Assembly (NCBI GenBank): GCA_048128005.1
Contig: JBEUKZ010000004.1
Coordinates: 1-57,545 of the forward strand
DNA from: Veleropilina oligotropha
Taxonomy: Eukaryota
Length of the DNA stretch: 57,545 nucleotides
Direction: 5' to 3'
The notes under the pieces are model-generated. The model was not told the DNA's origin and made no database searches. It saw only the letters and a program-made list of their open reading frames with translations. Within the stretch, counting starts at the first letter, position 1. The number at the start of each line of letters is the position of its first letter. Below are positions 1 through 14,379 of this stretch, piece after piece. A program made the translations under genes and the position numbers.

Positions 1-928
1 ACCCCGTTTTGACAACCAATAATCCATTAAATTTGCAATATGAATATTTGATGATGGTTCATCCCAGTTTATTCACTGTTACCAGTTGATTTCCACCCTA
101 GGAGACCCCAATGGTCCCCAAAAACACGGGATCGGAGGGTTTTTTTTTTTTGGGGGGGTGTTGATAAACCTTACCTGGCCCATACCTGGCCCAACACAAT
201 AATACATTTTCACTGGAAATTCTGACAATTTAAAAATAAAAATCAACTAACTTTTTCTCTTATATAATGCATTACGTGGGCGATTTTCTAATACGAGTTC
301 GGCTGTGGCCTATTATCAGTTAAAACGTATCTTAACATAAAACTCACTCACTACAGGCTGACATTATGAGTAAATCAACTTGTTCATTAAAATTTTGTCC
401 ACCCCCTATATCGTGCAATGTATAATGCAATAAGGCCGTTATTGTTCTTCTCCTAAAACTGTCGATTTTGACACTTTAAACTTTGGGTACAAATTTTTAA
501 AAGTTCGAGTTTAAAATAAACAAGAACATCGTGGTCCAGATGAATGCTGAGGGGGGAGCTAGGACTAATATTAATGGGGAACGAAATAGTAAGAAATTCA
601 ACCAATTATAAAATGATTGCGAATTAATACCGAATTTATCACAACTTTTCATTATTCAGCTAAAATAAGAATGATGTAAATTGGTGTCAAAACATCGCAT
701 ATCAGCCGCACCGGTAATCGAGTTTATAACTGCGAATATAAGTGAAGCACTCAAGCATGAAAGAAAAGATATGAAATTAACAACCTTCAAGTGGCCATTG
801 CATTTATGTTTTTATCTTTATGGCGTTTATGTATTATGCTAATATATAACTTCTCGTAATATTGATATGTAAGGATAATAACGCTTTTCAAAATCACTGA
901 CCACCAGCTGAAATGAGGATATGAATAC

Positions 929-3900
929 CTGGAACTTCGCAGAGTTCAAGTTTGATTATCTCCCTTATAACGGATTCACTGCTGCATGTTAACCCATCTA
1001 TCCTTTCGAACATCTTGCACACTTCGTTAAAGTCCGACTTCAATGATGACCTACAAAACAACATGAACAAGTGATTGCCACTAAGTGGCGATTGTCCCCC
1101 GCCCGTATTATTGACCACATGCATATTTTTGCACGCTGTGTATCATTAACTCGATGAGAAAAAATAATTCCAAAACTTCAATGTTGCTGGTTATCATTAT
1201 AGCTCAGTCACTATTCTAACAGAGCCATTACTGTTAAACCAATCAAGTTCTACTGACACTGTAAATAGTTTTTGCTTATCATGAAAGATTTACTGTACAT
1301 GTATAATTTTAATAAATAAAAAATATTACTGAGTTTGATGTTCACATTTAAGCTTCCAGAGACTATGTTCACAGTTGCCCAAACTATTAAATTGTTAAAA
1401 TACTTTTTCATTATTCGATCTTGAAGTAGCCTTTAATGTGGTTAATTGATCAAACTTGCCCAAAAATATATTGAATTTTTAAAATAAAATAATTTCTCCT
1501 AACTCGAACTTGATGTATGTAGCCTATAATGTGGTTAATTAATCTGTAAAGATTCAGAAAGCTAGCATGTCTGTAAATGTAGCCTATAATATGGTTAATT
1601 GATCTGTAAAGATTCAGAAAGCTAACAAGTCTGTAAAGGAAAAACAATTTAGTGAGTTTTGGGTACAAATTTAAGTCCAAAGTTGTCAAAAATTATATTC
1701 AATTTTTTAAATAAATTCTCAATAATCGAACTTGATCTACCCCATGATGTGATTTGTTGATCTGTAAAGTTTTGCAAAGCTAGCATTTCTCTAAATGTAA
1801 AAAAATAGTTGTGATAAAATTGACCACACCCATGCTTGCAGAGACTATGTTCAAAATCGCCGAAAAGTTGCAATAAAAACATAATGTTTTAAAATAAATT
1901 CCAAATATTCGAACTTGATCTACCCAATGATGTGGTTAGTTGACCTGTAAAGTTTCGGAAAGCTAGCATTTCTGTAAATGTAAAAAATTGTTGACGGAAA
2001 ATTGACCACATCCATGCTTCCAGAGACTATGTTCAAAATACTCAAAAAGTTGCCAAAAATCATAAGTTTTCATAATAAATGTCCAATATTCGAACTTGAT
2101 CTACTCAATGATGTGGTTAATTGACCTGTAAAGTTTCGGAAAGCTACCATTTCTCTAAATGACAAAAAAAGTGACAGAAAAATCCGGGACGGAAACACGG
2201 ACGGACGGACGGAAGGACGGACGGACGGAAGGACGGACGGACGGAAGGACGGACGGACGGACGGACGGACGGACGGACGCACGGACGTGAATGCTATGTC
2301 CCCCGTCCGCCTCGCGGCGGGGGACAATAAATGATAATCTACCAGCAATGGTCTCCTACCAAGAAATGTCAACGGCAACGACACATACGCACACAAAAAG
2401 TTCGTGAAATGAAAATTGACAGAATAGTGGGAATGTTACAAACGTTCAACTAAGTTAAACACCTACCTCCGTAAAGTCATCCGACACTCCTGTGGATTGA
2501 AAAGTAAAATCGAATTAATAATGTGCAGCATAAGGTCATATGGCATGCGACCCATTTTGTGAAATTGTTTCCCATAGGACCAATTCATTCTTGTTGATTT
2601 ACAGATATATACAGGCAGTTGTTGGCCAAGCTGTTGGCAACAAAACAAAAACAAGAGCAGTTTGCTGAAACTATTTAAAACATAGGCGATTTTATAAAAT
2701 AGTAACATTTTGTCTGGACTAACCAAATATATGGATATGCAGATGACAATGCTCTGGTGAATTCTTTCGGCTCATTGGATGCTGATTCAGAATTGCATTC
2801 ACTGGAACAACAGCAACAGCCCTCTTTGGATATCAAACGTTGGGTGGACATAAATCGTCGGAAAATGAACGTGACAACAACGGAGTTCATCAAGTTTGGC
2901 CCTCATCAACAGCTTAAAAGGTATCACAAAATATCAATCAATGGTGAAGTTATAATTCGTTCGCAGAAAGTACGGCATATGGGTGTACAACTGGAGGAAA
3001 TTATTTCGCTCTTGGACCACACAACTACTAAGTGAAATAAAAGAATGTACGGCCTACGGAGAATAAGAATCACCAGACATTGCTAACACAAGATGCATAT
3101 CAAAACCATGTGTTGTCGATTGTTATCTTCCACATGGACTACGCTAATATAATTCAATATACCCGTCTGGCACACTAATGCAAAAACTGCAAACGGTACA
3201 GAATTTTTCGGCCAAACTTCAGGCTGACAAATACTCCAGATCAACAGCCGCGTTGAACACACTGCACTGGATTCCAATTGGGCTTCGAATAAGAATACTT
3301 CGAATAAAGCGCTGACCCTACACAGAAAGTGTCTTCATGGACTCTCGTATCTATGTCGTAGAGCAACCTTGACAATTATAGATGAAAATCCAAAATATAA
3401 TATGCGATCCAATGAACAGCACCTGAAGCTCAAAATTACTCTTGTGCTGCGAAAGACATTTGCCCATCGCGTGTTTAATATCACAGGACCTATCTCGTGG
3501 TATCCACTTCCAAACGGAATCAATCAAGCAGAAAGTGTTGAACAATTGCAACTTGCGATTAAGACTCAATTGTTTTCACAATATTAGTATCTATGTGTGT
3601 GTGTGTGTGTGGATGCTGACCGTCTGTCCGGTTATCCGTACTAGATCAAAATATGTTCAAGATTGATAAACCGTGCCAACTTATGTAACTGTGTTGTAAT
3701 TTATTTCTAACAAATGCAGTAGGATATTTGTGAACGTCTCATCCCACTTCAGAAACGACTAAAAATTGTTAAATGGGGGCAAAAATAAATTAATTGATAT
3801 CTATGCTTAAGGCCTTGCATATCGTGTAAATGTGACAATATCAATTTGACGATCGAACAATCAATTCCTGTGAAGTCGTTTGAATTGTAACCAAACCACT

Positions 3901-6102
3901 AAGTTTTTATGATATGCTTCTGAATTATCTTTATAAAATTTAATATTTTACAGTGAACTCATACCTTGATAAATGAAATTGTGTCGGTTCGTTCTTGGAG
4001 TTCTCTGTATGTCAACATGGCTGGCGCCAAGTGATCTATAGCACATTCTGCTTCTTTGACGTCAGCCCTGAGTTTGGTTAAAACTTCCTCTTTCTTTGTT
4101 GCCATCGTAAGTTCAATACCCTCAAACACTGATGCCATCAATGCTAATTTTGCCTAAAACGATATATTGCGGAATATTGTAGTAACAAGCTATGCTTAGA
4201 TGCAATTCTACTAAAATTACCACAGTTGCATAACGTGCATAGCTTCTTAAACTAGAAATGTGTCCATCGGACACGAATGCCCCCACTGGAAGCCAATCCA
4301 TGAAGGCAAATAGAAGTTATAGCAGATTGGAGTTGCTTACACGCAAATACTGGTTTCGGGACGGACGGGACGGGACGGGACGGGACGGACGGACGGGACG
4401 GGACGGGACGGACGGACGGACGGGACGGACAAGAGTAAATCTAAATGCCACCCCAATAAATTGGTGGTGGCATAACAATATTGTAGGCCAAATATTGAGA
4501 TGCCCAATCCTTAAAGACATAGTTCACGGAACTAGCCAGGCACAGGCATTCGTTTTTAAATGAATATCATTTATTGTAAGAATGGTTACATTAGGAGATG
4601 ATGTGGAATTCAAAAGAGGTTGGTCGAAGATAATTATTCGAGGACATACGCAGTCACACCGATGATGTAATGGATTAGAAGTCGAAATCCTCGAAATAAG
4701 TGTTCAGACGCCATATACAACAAACATTTAGTACATGATCATTTCTTTAAACAAATGCCTGGTCATACTTATATGTAAACGATGCTGCAAAATGATGTAA
4801 ATGCGATATTTGTAAATGAAAAGGTCGTTTGTGAAGTTAGCTTTAAGAAAACTGCAGTGTATCAATCTACCTACCTTCGATTTCTCCAAACAGTCGCCCA
4901 AAGCAGACTGCATCACATCGATGTTACCACTAGCTTCATCCAGTTTATCCTGCAAGTACATGCATAATGTATGTCATCTTTCAACATATTGATCCAAGTC
5001 ACAAATGTGAATGCGCACGAAAGTGATTTCTATGAAGGGCATATAAGGCACAGCTGTAGTTTATTCTCACTTGTCCCACGTTCGCAACTCAAATTTGAAT
5101 TGGATATATATTTTCATTCACTGCGCTATAGATATTATCATATGATATCAAGTAATGGCACTTGCTCCGATCGTTATGGAAGAGATCACCGATATAAACA
5201 TTTGTAATTTCTTATCTTATTTGTAATGTCATACATTTTGTCTTCTTCCTTTGTATCCAAAGCTAAATCTTGTGCTATTATATATTTGTTATGAAATATA
5301 TTGACTCGGCAGCATACACGCTTCACTTTCATATCAATATCTTATCAAATAATTATGTTATATACAACTTTTTAATTGTGTATAATCTATAGTTCGCTGT
5401 TCATTAAACAATCAGTTATACTTCTGGAAAGAGACCATAGTCAAATTCATTGATCCAAAAATATATTTATCAAGTTACAGAGATCCACGTACCCAAGGAA
5501 TAAGCGCTGAAATTAGTCTCTCAAACAATTATTACCTTGAATAGCAAGTGTGCTTCTTTCAGGGACATGACGTCATGATTTTTGTGCTTGCTGATATCCG
5601 TCACTGTTATGAGTGCATCACACTCGTTGCAGTACATGTGTCTGTCATCATTCTTAAGATCGATTTTACATTTCGAATATTCATCTGCGTTCACAATCTT
5701 GTGTTCGCCGAGTTTTCCTCTCAAAGGATGACACATAATAAAGCACTGTCCACAATACATCATTTCACAATCCACACAAGCTCGCTCAGCAGGTGTTCCT
5801 GGGTCACAAATTTCGCATGAAAATGCTTCGCCTGTTGTATCCCTTGTAGTCTTTCCCAAAATAATTGACTGAACCAGACTGTTCAGCTCGTAGTTTTTGG
5901 TATATAACGCATCAACATTATTTTCGAAACTCGACTCGACCTGGCATATAGGACATGTTATCGCGCGTTTATTGAACATTCTCTTTGACAAATCCATCAA
6001 GCATTTCAAACAGTAGGAGTGTCCACAGGGCAATATTCGAGGGTCATCGAACAACTCCAGACATATGGCACAAGACAGGTTGTTTTCATACGCGGTCGCC
6101 AT
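929..6102 (-). CDS. TRIM-family E3 ubiquitin ligase gene (RING, B-box1, degenerate B-box2, coiled coil, possible COS-like segment). Coding exons 6102-5536, 4949-4875, 4153-3965, 2489-2467, 1050-929; probably continues beyond the left edge
   Basis: Exon 1 encodes a C3HC4 RING (CAIC..CGHSYCLKC..CPIC) and B-box1 (CEIC..CVDC..YCGQC..CHPLRGKLGEH). All junctions are GT-AG and phases join in frame (567, 75, 189, 23, 122 bp; phases 0,0,0,2,1). Exons 2-3 are helical, coiled-coil-like. Confidence 0.85.
1066..2330 (-). mobile_element. Helentron-type non-autonomous element (HINE / DINE-1 / pearl-like) with internal ~182-bp tandem repeats
   Basis: Subterminal IR attgtcccccg (1091-1101) vs cgggggacaat (2318-2328); terminal hairpin 2297-2326; (GGAC)n at 2186-2287; stem-loop ttgccac-taa-gtggcga next to the aacaag terminus; repeat motif cgaacttgatctac recurs near 1727, 1910 and 2091. 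Confidence 0.8.
2700..3590 (+). pseudogene. Degenerate L2/CR1-group LINE ORF2 3' fragment (RT YADD to C-terminus), intronic and antisense to the TRIM gene
   Basis: YGYADD near 2730; KMNVTTTEFIKFG; C-terminal RVFNITGPISWYPLP..LKTQLF-like motif typical of L2 ORF2 ends; many stops and frameshifts. Confidence 0.75.
4250..4475 (-). mobile_element. Short HINE / DINE-1-like element
   Basis: aactag terminus, stem-loop gtgtcc-atc-ggacac, subTIR aatgcccc / ggtggcat, (GGGAC/GGAC)n microsatellite near 4357-4430, terminal hairpin atgccacc...ggtggcat. Confidence 0.8.
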
Positions 6103-6589
6103 GAGTGGATTTTCTACTGAATATTCAATATGTACAAGTAATTTTTTCCATGTGTTGATTTATAAAGTTAATTTAATTAAACTGTTATTTTTACATCATG
6201 TGTACGTGATACTTCATCGCTTGTCGATGGTAAAGCTAACAATACTATTTCCGTGTTAGATTACATTCTAAGAGCAGAAATGATACGTTTACAAGCCCAT
6301 ATGGGTTTGCCATATATACGTTATCGTGCCAAAATAATGATATAACATCTGACTATATATTATGGATAACTATTATGTCAATATAATAGATCACTTGTAT
6401 AATAAATAAAACCAATGTATATAACTAAACATTATCGTCCATGAATACATCATATATTATCTAAAAAAGGTTGAATAAAATGATTTAATTTGAATGATGC
6501 ATCGGGGTCAGCTGCGTATAACCGCCCTGGTACAACGACGTGCACATTCAGACAAGAAATATACTCCCCTGTAGAAATTAATAGTGGGA

Positions 6590-6850
6590 GGGAGGAATGA
6601 TGCTTAATGTCCTGTATATTTACAACATCGGGGTTCAAGGCAGGACATGACCGTGTTATCGCGGGAGGAAACCCCGGTCGCCCGGGTAAACCCGCCCTCT
6701 TCGGCCAGTCACGGACAACTGTGAGTCATAACTTGAACAGATTTCAATGCCTCAGCCAGGTATTGAACCCACTACTGTTCGCATTAGCGGAATCAAGCCA
6801 GTGAATTTAGAGTGGGTCGACACTCTACCCACTGCGCTGCCGAAGCGACC
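6590..6850 (-). mobile_element. tRNA-derived SINE (best-preserved copy of a family with several copies in this window)
   Basis: Minus strand has A-box-like ggcagcgcagtggg, B-box ggttcaatacc and a V-domain-like core gggtttacccggg..ggtttcctccc; homologous to 11570-11842, 15180-15320, 19243-19447 and 31722-31943. Confidence 0.7.
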
Positions 6851-7324
6851 CACATTAATAGTTCGATTGCCAACACACGTATACATGTTATAACAGCGCC
6901 AACACACCACATTCATTCATTATGTCGCGATAATTCAAACAACATGCAACAACGAAGCTACCTGTCGGTAGATTGTCTTAAACGCAACATGGTCGATTTA
7001 GCTGAATTTGTTGCAACCGATTACCTTGACTATCGCTTTGCTTTCTTGTCGTGACCTCGATTCGGCAAACTGCGGATATTATATGAACCAGGCTGTCATG
7101 CAAAGCTATTTATAAATGAACTCTTATCTTCAACGTCACGTGGTCACGATTGCCATGCGACAATGTCATGCATTGATATTTTCAATATTAAAGCGAAACT
7201 TGCACGGATGTTTTCAGAGTTTTATGACAGCTGTCATAAAACTCTCGGTAAATCCCGCAGCTGTAAATGAACCACAGATATCAACATGCATCGCGTGAGC
7301 ATACATACATACATACATACATGT

Positions 7325-7505
7325 TTTCGTAAGATCCGATCAAGTTCCGTTTTGTAAGTAGGGGTTGGGTCATTGGCCAAGCAAGCATAAAATGTGTTAT
7401 CGGAAAGTTGTCGATATGCTTCCTTCTTGTAATCTGCTGTGTTCATTATGACTGTTGCACCACCTTTATCCGCAGGTTTGATTATAATATCGGGGTTATT
7501 TCGTT
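7325..7505 (-). pseudogene. Penelope-like element RT N-terminal fragment, inverted relative to the adjacent 3' part
   Basis: NNPDIIIKPADKGGATVIMNTADYKKEAYRQLSDNTFY..DPT: DKG motif characteristic of PLE reverse transcriptases. Confidence 0.85.
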
Positions 7506-7519
7506 CTGCCTTTCGTTCT

Positions 7520-8382
<863 letters not shown>

Positions 8383-9199
8383 TTACTGTATAATCACTAG
8401 GTGTGATAAATTATTTCAGAGATACTTCAATATAAATTCCTTTTCAAGATGTCATTATTCATGAGACACCAATGATTCGTAGAAAAGGGTAGGTATGCTG
8501 CACAAATTGCTCTATTACTGAAAATACACTTGCTGGCTGTATTAAGTCAACGATAGTTTAGTCTTCCTCTCATAATAATACAGACATGGCATGTTATGAT
8601 TTCGTTGTTAACACCGGACAATACAGACTTTGATTATTTACAAGTGTTGTGTCACTTTTTAATTAGTAACAAATAAGCTGGAATATGAAATTAAAGTTTC
8701 TTCCCCAAAACTTATTTGTTTTGAATTGAGTCTAGATATCCAGTGTGGCCACGAATCCTTTGGAGTGTTCTCAGTCACGGTATATATTATCAGTCACGGT
8801 ATATTACCATCATAAGCGAATGTTTTTCCCTGACACAATACACCATAGCTGTTAAAGTGGCACTCTGAAGAGCTGCCGATGGTATTTGAACCCACTCTTG
8901 TCTTGCTAGCCCTGTCCATACCAAAACCCACTGCAGCAGCAAGAGTTTCAAAGACAGCATGTTCACATACAATAAGCTCTAAACAATATCAAGCAACAAG
9001 GCATGCATGCAGTACCATGGAATCTTGTATCATTTGTGCTTAATGAACTGGATGATGAAATGAGAAGATCACATTTTAATATTAACTGTGTTAACTGACT
9101 TTGTTTTGTGAATTTTGTCACTGTGTACTTTGTAGAAACAAGAAGTGTATTTGATTATATAACTCATTAATGTAAAGTTGAGTTTATATGACTTTATAT

Positions 9200-10992
9200 T
9201 TTAGTAAAATTGGAATGCAACTGCCAGAAATATCGTCCCTACTATCCAGTGATGACATCGACAGTGACGGTATTGCAAAGCATGAATTTATATTATCATA
9301 TCAAATTATTATTTTACAACATTAAACACTTTCATTAATAAATGATGAATTTAACATTTATTTACCAATAATTATATTAAATTAACAGGATATGGAACAA
9401 ATGCATCAATATCAGTAAATCTATGAACATAATTTATGGTAAATGGATTCAATTTTTTAACGGATAAATATTTTCCCAAAAAGACCTCTTCTTCTCAATG
9501 AAAATTCCATGTCCCAACAACAGGTAAACACATTTATCTTTCAGTAGAAGCTCCTTCTTATAGACCACCAACTCACTCAACTCCAATTCATGGAAAGTGC
9601 GCGCCTAGACTGTAAGTGTGTCGCTATATCAGTGTTGCATAAATTTGTGTTCATTATCATTTACACCATTAATGTTTACTTTTATTCTTTATGATGACAT
9701 AAAAATGAGAACGACTATTGGCAACACACCATAACATGCAACGAGATGTACTTGATATTTTATGTAGTGACACATATTGCTAACAGTTATATGTTGTCTA
9801 CATATTATGTATCCATTTGCATGTTTGCGAACAAGACCAGTTATTATTTGTTTATTGAAGTGGATTGCATGAATTACAGATAATGAATCATTAAGATGTT
9901 GTCTTTCCGGTTATTTGAATCTGATAGTGAGGAGAGTGAAAGAGAAGAAATTTGTGAAGGAATATCCGAAAGGTAATTAAGTGTACTGCATCCATAAATG
10001 ATCATGCATAGATTAATGCAATGTTTATTATATATAACAGATTGATCTTTTATATCCCCCCTCATATGTCCTTGATCAAATGGTTTGTTAGCCATATTGT
10101 ATAAGGTGTGATGATAACCCTGCCATTTCTTATTGAGGAAACTTTTGGCATACTGGATAAATCATTACTAACACACCATATTTCATTAAAAGATGTAGAG
10201 GCCACATCAGTAGACCGGTGTCCAGGTGTGTTGCTCCATATTTACTAGTGTAACATAAATTTGTTTTAGTAGTATAGGTATAGCAGGTGCTTTATTTTTG
10301 TGATCATCTTATATCACCTTCATCAACATGATTAGTATTTGTCAGTGGTTGAATTGCTAGGCAATATAATACACAGAATAATCCTAGCCATAAACATATC
10401 ATTTATTGGACAGCATCAGATCTACTGTCATTGCTTATGAATTCATATAATTAAATGTATGTAAACAACATTGTATAAGTTACATATTTGCTGCATGCAA
10501 TATGTTAATGATAATTCTTGTTTAAATGACATTATCAATTATTATTGCAGTGATCTTGATGCCACAAACATAGATTTTAATGATCCCGACTGGACATTTC
10601 CATTGCAAGATAGAAACATCAAAATTGCAAAATCTCTGCGAGTACAGATGACAAAACAACAGTGCATCGAGAGCAAAAAGTGTATCGCATACAATGTCTG
10701 TTTGGAAAAATTAGTTTGAAATAGCTGTTATATCTGAATGCCCAATCTGTCACAGTGATCTCAAATTTACTCAAGTGAAACGAGGTACATGTCTTTTACT
10801 TCGATGGGAATGCAGGGAAGATCCCAAACACAAGAAGGGAAATTGGACATCGTAACGACGTCTGGAGGGAATGTATGCCGGGAACTTGCTGCTGCCAACA
10901 TCATTACTGTTATCTGGAAACAATTACAGAAAGGTTGCCCTCATGGCAAAATTCTTCAACCTTGGATTCTTTTCAGAATCTAACTTTTATAG
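9200..10992 (+). pseudogene. Spliced, decayed transposase-like gene; the N-terminal Zn-ribbon region resembles Kolobok-type transposases
   Basis: Exon ~10550-10992 reads CPICHSD..RGTCLLLRWEC..H..WTS*..YAGNLLLPTSLLLSGNNYRKV..SESNFYR|GTATGT with one frameshift and one stop; smaller AG/GT-bounded exon-like pieces near 9206-9269, 9546-9611 and 9880-9972; no catalytic region seen. Confidence 0.5.
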
Positions 10993-11569
10993 GTATGTAT
11001 TTCTTATTAACATTTTTATCCTTATTCCAATTACAGCTATACTACATACTTTTAGTAGCCATGTTGGATAGGGATCCAGCGCACACAATTATGTTGGACT
11101 CTTTTTAATTAGCTTGATGACTGGCGAATTCGAGTTCGTTTATTTTCTTTGTTTTTTTGACTTACAACTCAATTATCATGGGTGATACCGGCTTGTCAGT
11201 GATTCTAGAAGTTGAGCTGGTCACCTCGCCACCAATTTCGGTCTTGTTTCCCACACGAAACACTTCCTTCTGGTCTTTGGCTTCACTTATTTTAATGTCA
11301 AATACTCTCTATTGACTTTCACTACCAGTTGTTTTGCTTTGTTTCGTCGTGAAATCATTTGACGGTAGATTGCGATACCAGATATGAACATGTTGATACA
11401 TCTGAAGCCTAGTTCGTCTTGTTTTTTTGCACATAATTATGATGGATCCGCTATAATCAACATTGTCTCTGGACGCATTGTGCTATATGCATTGAGTTTG
11501 TTGAGAGCATTTCAAGCAGTGTATCCCACGAGTTGAGGGAAAGCACTGACTAAAGAACAATGTTGATTC

Positions 11570-11842
11570 GATGCTTAATGTCCTGCATATTTACAACCTT
11601 CCGTTAAAAGTAGGACATGCACATGATATCACCTGAGGAAAGCCCGGCCGCACGAGGAAACCCGCCATCTGCGACCAGTTACGGTCTGCTATTGATAACT
11701 GAACTGCTAATAATGCTTTTGATAGCCGAACAATTAATGTCATTGCCCCAACCGATATTTCGAACGCACTCGTGTTTGATAGCGCAATCCAGCCAGTGAT
11801 TTCAGAATGAGCACTCGAAACCACACGGGTACCGAAGCGGCC
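11570..11842 (-). mobile_element. SINE copy (same family as 6590-6850)
   Basis: Shares gatgcttaatgtcctg.atatttacaac, gaggaaa.cccgg.cgc, aaacccgcc, gccagtgatttcaga and ccgaagcggcc with the 6590 copy. Confidence 0.7.
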
Positions 11843-13360
11843 ATCGAACGTCGTTTATGTCAGTTAATGTAGTTCGTATACAAATTAACGTATCATTATA
11901 CCAATGCATATATCCATCCGTAGTTCGTTTACTTGTCAGTGGTGATCGTTGGGATATTATAATTCATAACGGTGAAGTAGTATAATTTGTCCAATATATA
12001 AACGCATAAGTAGTCAACGGGCAGACGGGCATGCTATGGGTTTGGGTTGCATAAATGCTTAATGTTCCAGTTAACACTCTACAGGTTTACGCCGGAATAT
12101 GTCCATATTGTCGCGGAATGAGAGTCCGGTAACCCGAATATAACAGCCCGCACCTGTCAGTTATGGTCCACTGTGACGGTTAGCTGCGCAATGTGTCAAG
12201 CCGACGATTAAAAATCATCCAGAGATGAATCAACACAAATCTTATACAGGAGATCGAATGTTGCTTTTATAAGAAATTACGATATCAATAATAACGAGAC
12301 AAACGAAATTTGTTGCATACGAAAATATTGTCAATAATCGACACTAAAAACAGTATTAGTAAATTGTTGAAATTATGCTACGTGAGAATTTCAAACAGTA
12401 AACATTGTGTCCATAATATCAAGGTGTACCCCTTTACTATCTGATAGGCGTCATCATTTGTTTGTAAACATTTTTAGTGAACCTATCTCGATGTTGTTGT
12501 GACCATCATTTCGAAAGCATGCGCCAGCGTCATATACCCTAGTTAAGGTATTGCTCCCTAAACCCTCTTTTCAGCTGTGATGACATTATTAATTTTGTTA
12601 TGAATAATGGCATATGGTGCGCTATCATTTATTTTGCAATCTCCGTCCTGATAACTTATAAATTTACTATCGACGAGTAAACACCTCAGTCACGACGTAC
12701 TCAGTGCGATTTTCAGCCTATCTATCTCATTTTATGTATTTCAATCAAATTAAGTAAGCATTTATGTTATAAAATCCTGCACATATGAAGATTGCATCAT
12801 TAACACTGGGTAAAACATTGATGCTCAAATATAACATTATTTAACTAGCGCTACATTTTTTGCTCGTTTTGCAAAATAAATATTTAAAAAATAAATGATC
12901 ACCAAACAAAAAGGTAATGATAGCCAGTTATCACTGCCATCTTGTCAACATTCAGCGACGACTGACTAGACTGAATATTTATGCATGTTCCCTTTGATAT
13001 TTACCCTCGCAACGAAGTGTTGATCGACGGGTGCGCGCCACCACGCAGTATGTAATAACGTCGTGGTGACAGACGGGTGTAGTCATTGGGTCGGTTTGTA
13101 TGTATGTCTGGCCGCAACGGTTTATTAGTATCAACTTGTCAGATTTCATTCATAGGTGAGTGATGCTGCTCCTCAGATGCATTCGGAATCTCATCGTGGT
13201 CCACTAAACACAAAGTGTTATATCCATAAATAGAAAAAAATGGACCGAACTCCCAGATATGTTTCCACGTTCGTGAATGCATATACAATCTTGCATTCCT
13301 TTACGTTTATAATTATTGAAAACGAACGTGTTTCGATATCCATTAGTAGATCTTAGAGGT

Positions 13361-13562
13361 GAGTGTAATGTCCGTTATGTGTTGTGCTTTCAATGAGCGT
13401 ATTGTCCGTTATGTGTTGTGCTTTCAGGGAGTGTAATGTCTGTTATGTGGTGTGCTTCCAATGAGTGTAATGTATGTTATGTGGTGTCCTTCCAATGAGT
13501 GTAATATCCGTTATGTGGTGTACTTTAATGAGTGTAATTCCCGTTTTGTGATGTGCTTTGAT
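13361..13562. repeat. Minisatellite, ~6 copies of a ~34-bp unit
   Basis: gagtgtaatgtccgttatgtg(t/g)tgtgctttcaat repeated with substitutions. Confidence 0.9.
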
Positions 13563-14379
13563 TAAGCGGTAGAATATGTCATGAAGTTCATGCAGGTAGA
13601 AGTGTTGCCTCGAGTGCCGTCTCTGAAATCACTGTCTCAGATGCTAATTTCGCAAACATCCTGATCATGTTTGATGTAGAATGCATGGAAAATATTTGAG
13701 TAAAGCTAGGATTCCATATGCACGTTATGCTACAATCGTACGCAGTATACGTAAGCACAAAATTAATCTCTCCGTGTAGCGATTCAAATCTAGAATCCTG
13801 GATATGACGTGAAGACAGGTGTTTACCAAATCTATAATTATCTTGTGATGCCAATTGATAACATTAACTATTTGCCTGCTGCAGGAAGGAACTCCTGCCT
13901 TGCTAGAGTTAAAGTAATGTTGAAACTTCTAAATTTCTATTTACAGCTCGTAAGCTATTTGAAGGCCCTTGTTGTAGCCTGTGTTGGAGCATACTTTGCA
14001 CCAAACAACGATCAATTATTTCTATCATATTTTGAATATTAAAAATTGTATATAATAATTATATGCATGCAATTATATTTCAAGTTAATTTAAAGTAGAG
14101 CGTTGTAGTGTGTGTCTACTCAATGCCATGTTTTCTGTATAAATATGGTAAAAGATAAATACATCGGATGAGAAATTAACATGTCATTTTGAACAATTAT
14201 TATTCAATATGACACACTATCAATGTTTGTTATCAAATAACCAAATAGATGTGGGATATTGCATGCAATCTGAACACATTTCATCACAAAATAAAGTGTT
14301 ACTTGAAACATCAGATGGACAAAATGGGAATGTGCCGAGAAGATTTCTGGGCTTGTGCCTTAGCTAGAGTCGAATACAA

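Noticed and set aside
894..1124. 76-aa ORF as a standalone gene
   Set aside because: Its first part lies in the HINE terminus; only 929-1050 fits as a TRIM exon.
2463..2726. 87-aa ORF, or a 164-bp version of TRIM exon 4 (acceptor at 2631)
   Set aside because: The acceptor at 2490-2491 gives a 23-bp exon in the same phase that better fits TRIM structure; the longer form is not fully excluded.
8850..8950. Second SINE or tRNA-like segment (B-box-like gggttcaaatacc on the minus strand)
   Set aside because: Too degenerate, and no second copy to support it.
12543..12960. TTAA-GG start as a Kolobok/piggyBac-type terminus
   Set aside because: No matching inverted end found in the window.
13361..13562. 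CRISPR-like array
   Set aside because: Contiguous degenerate repeats with no unique spacers, no cas genes, eukaryotic context.
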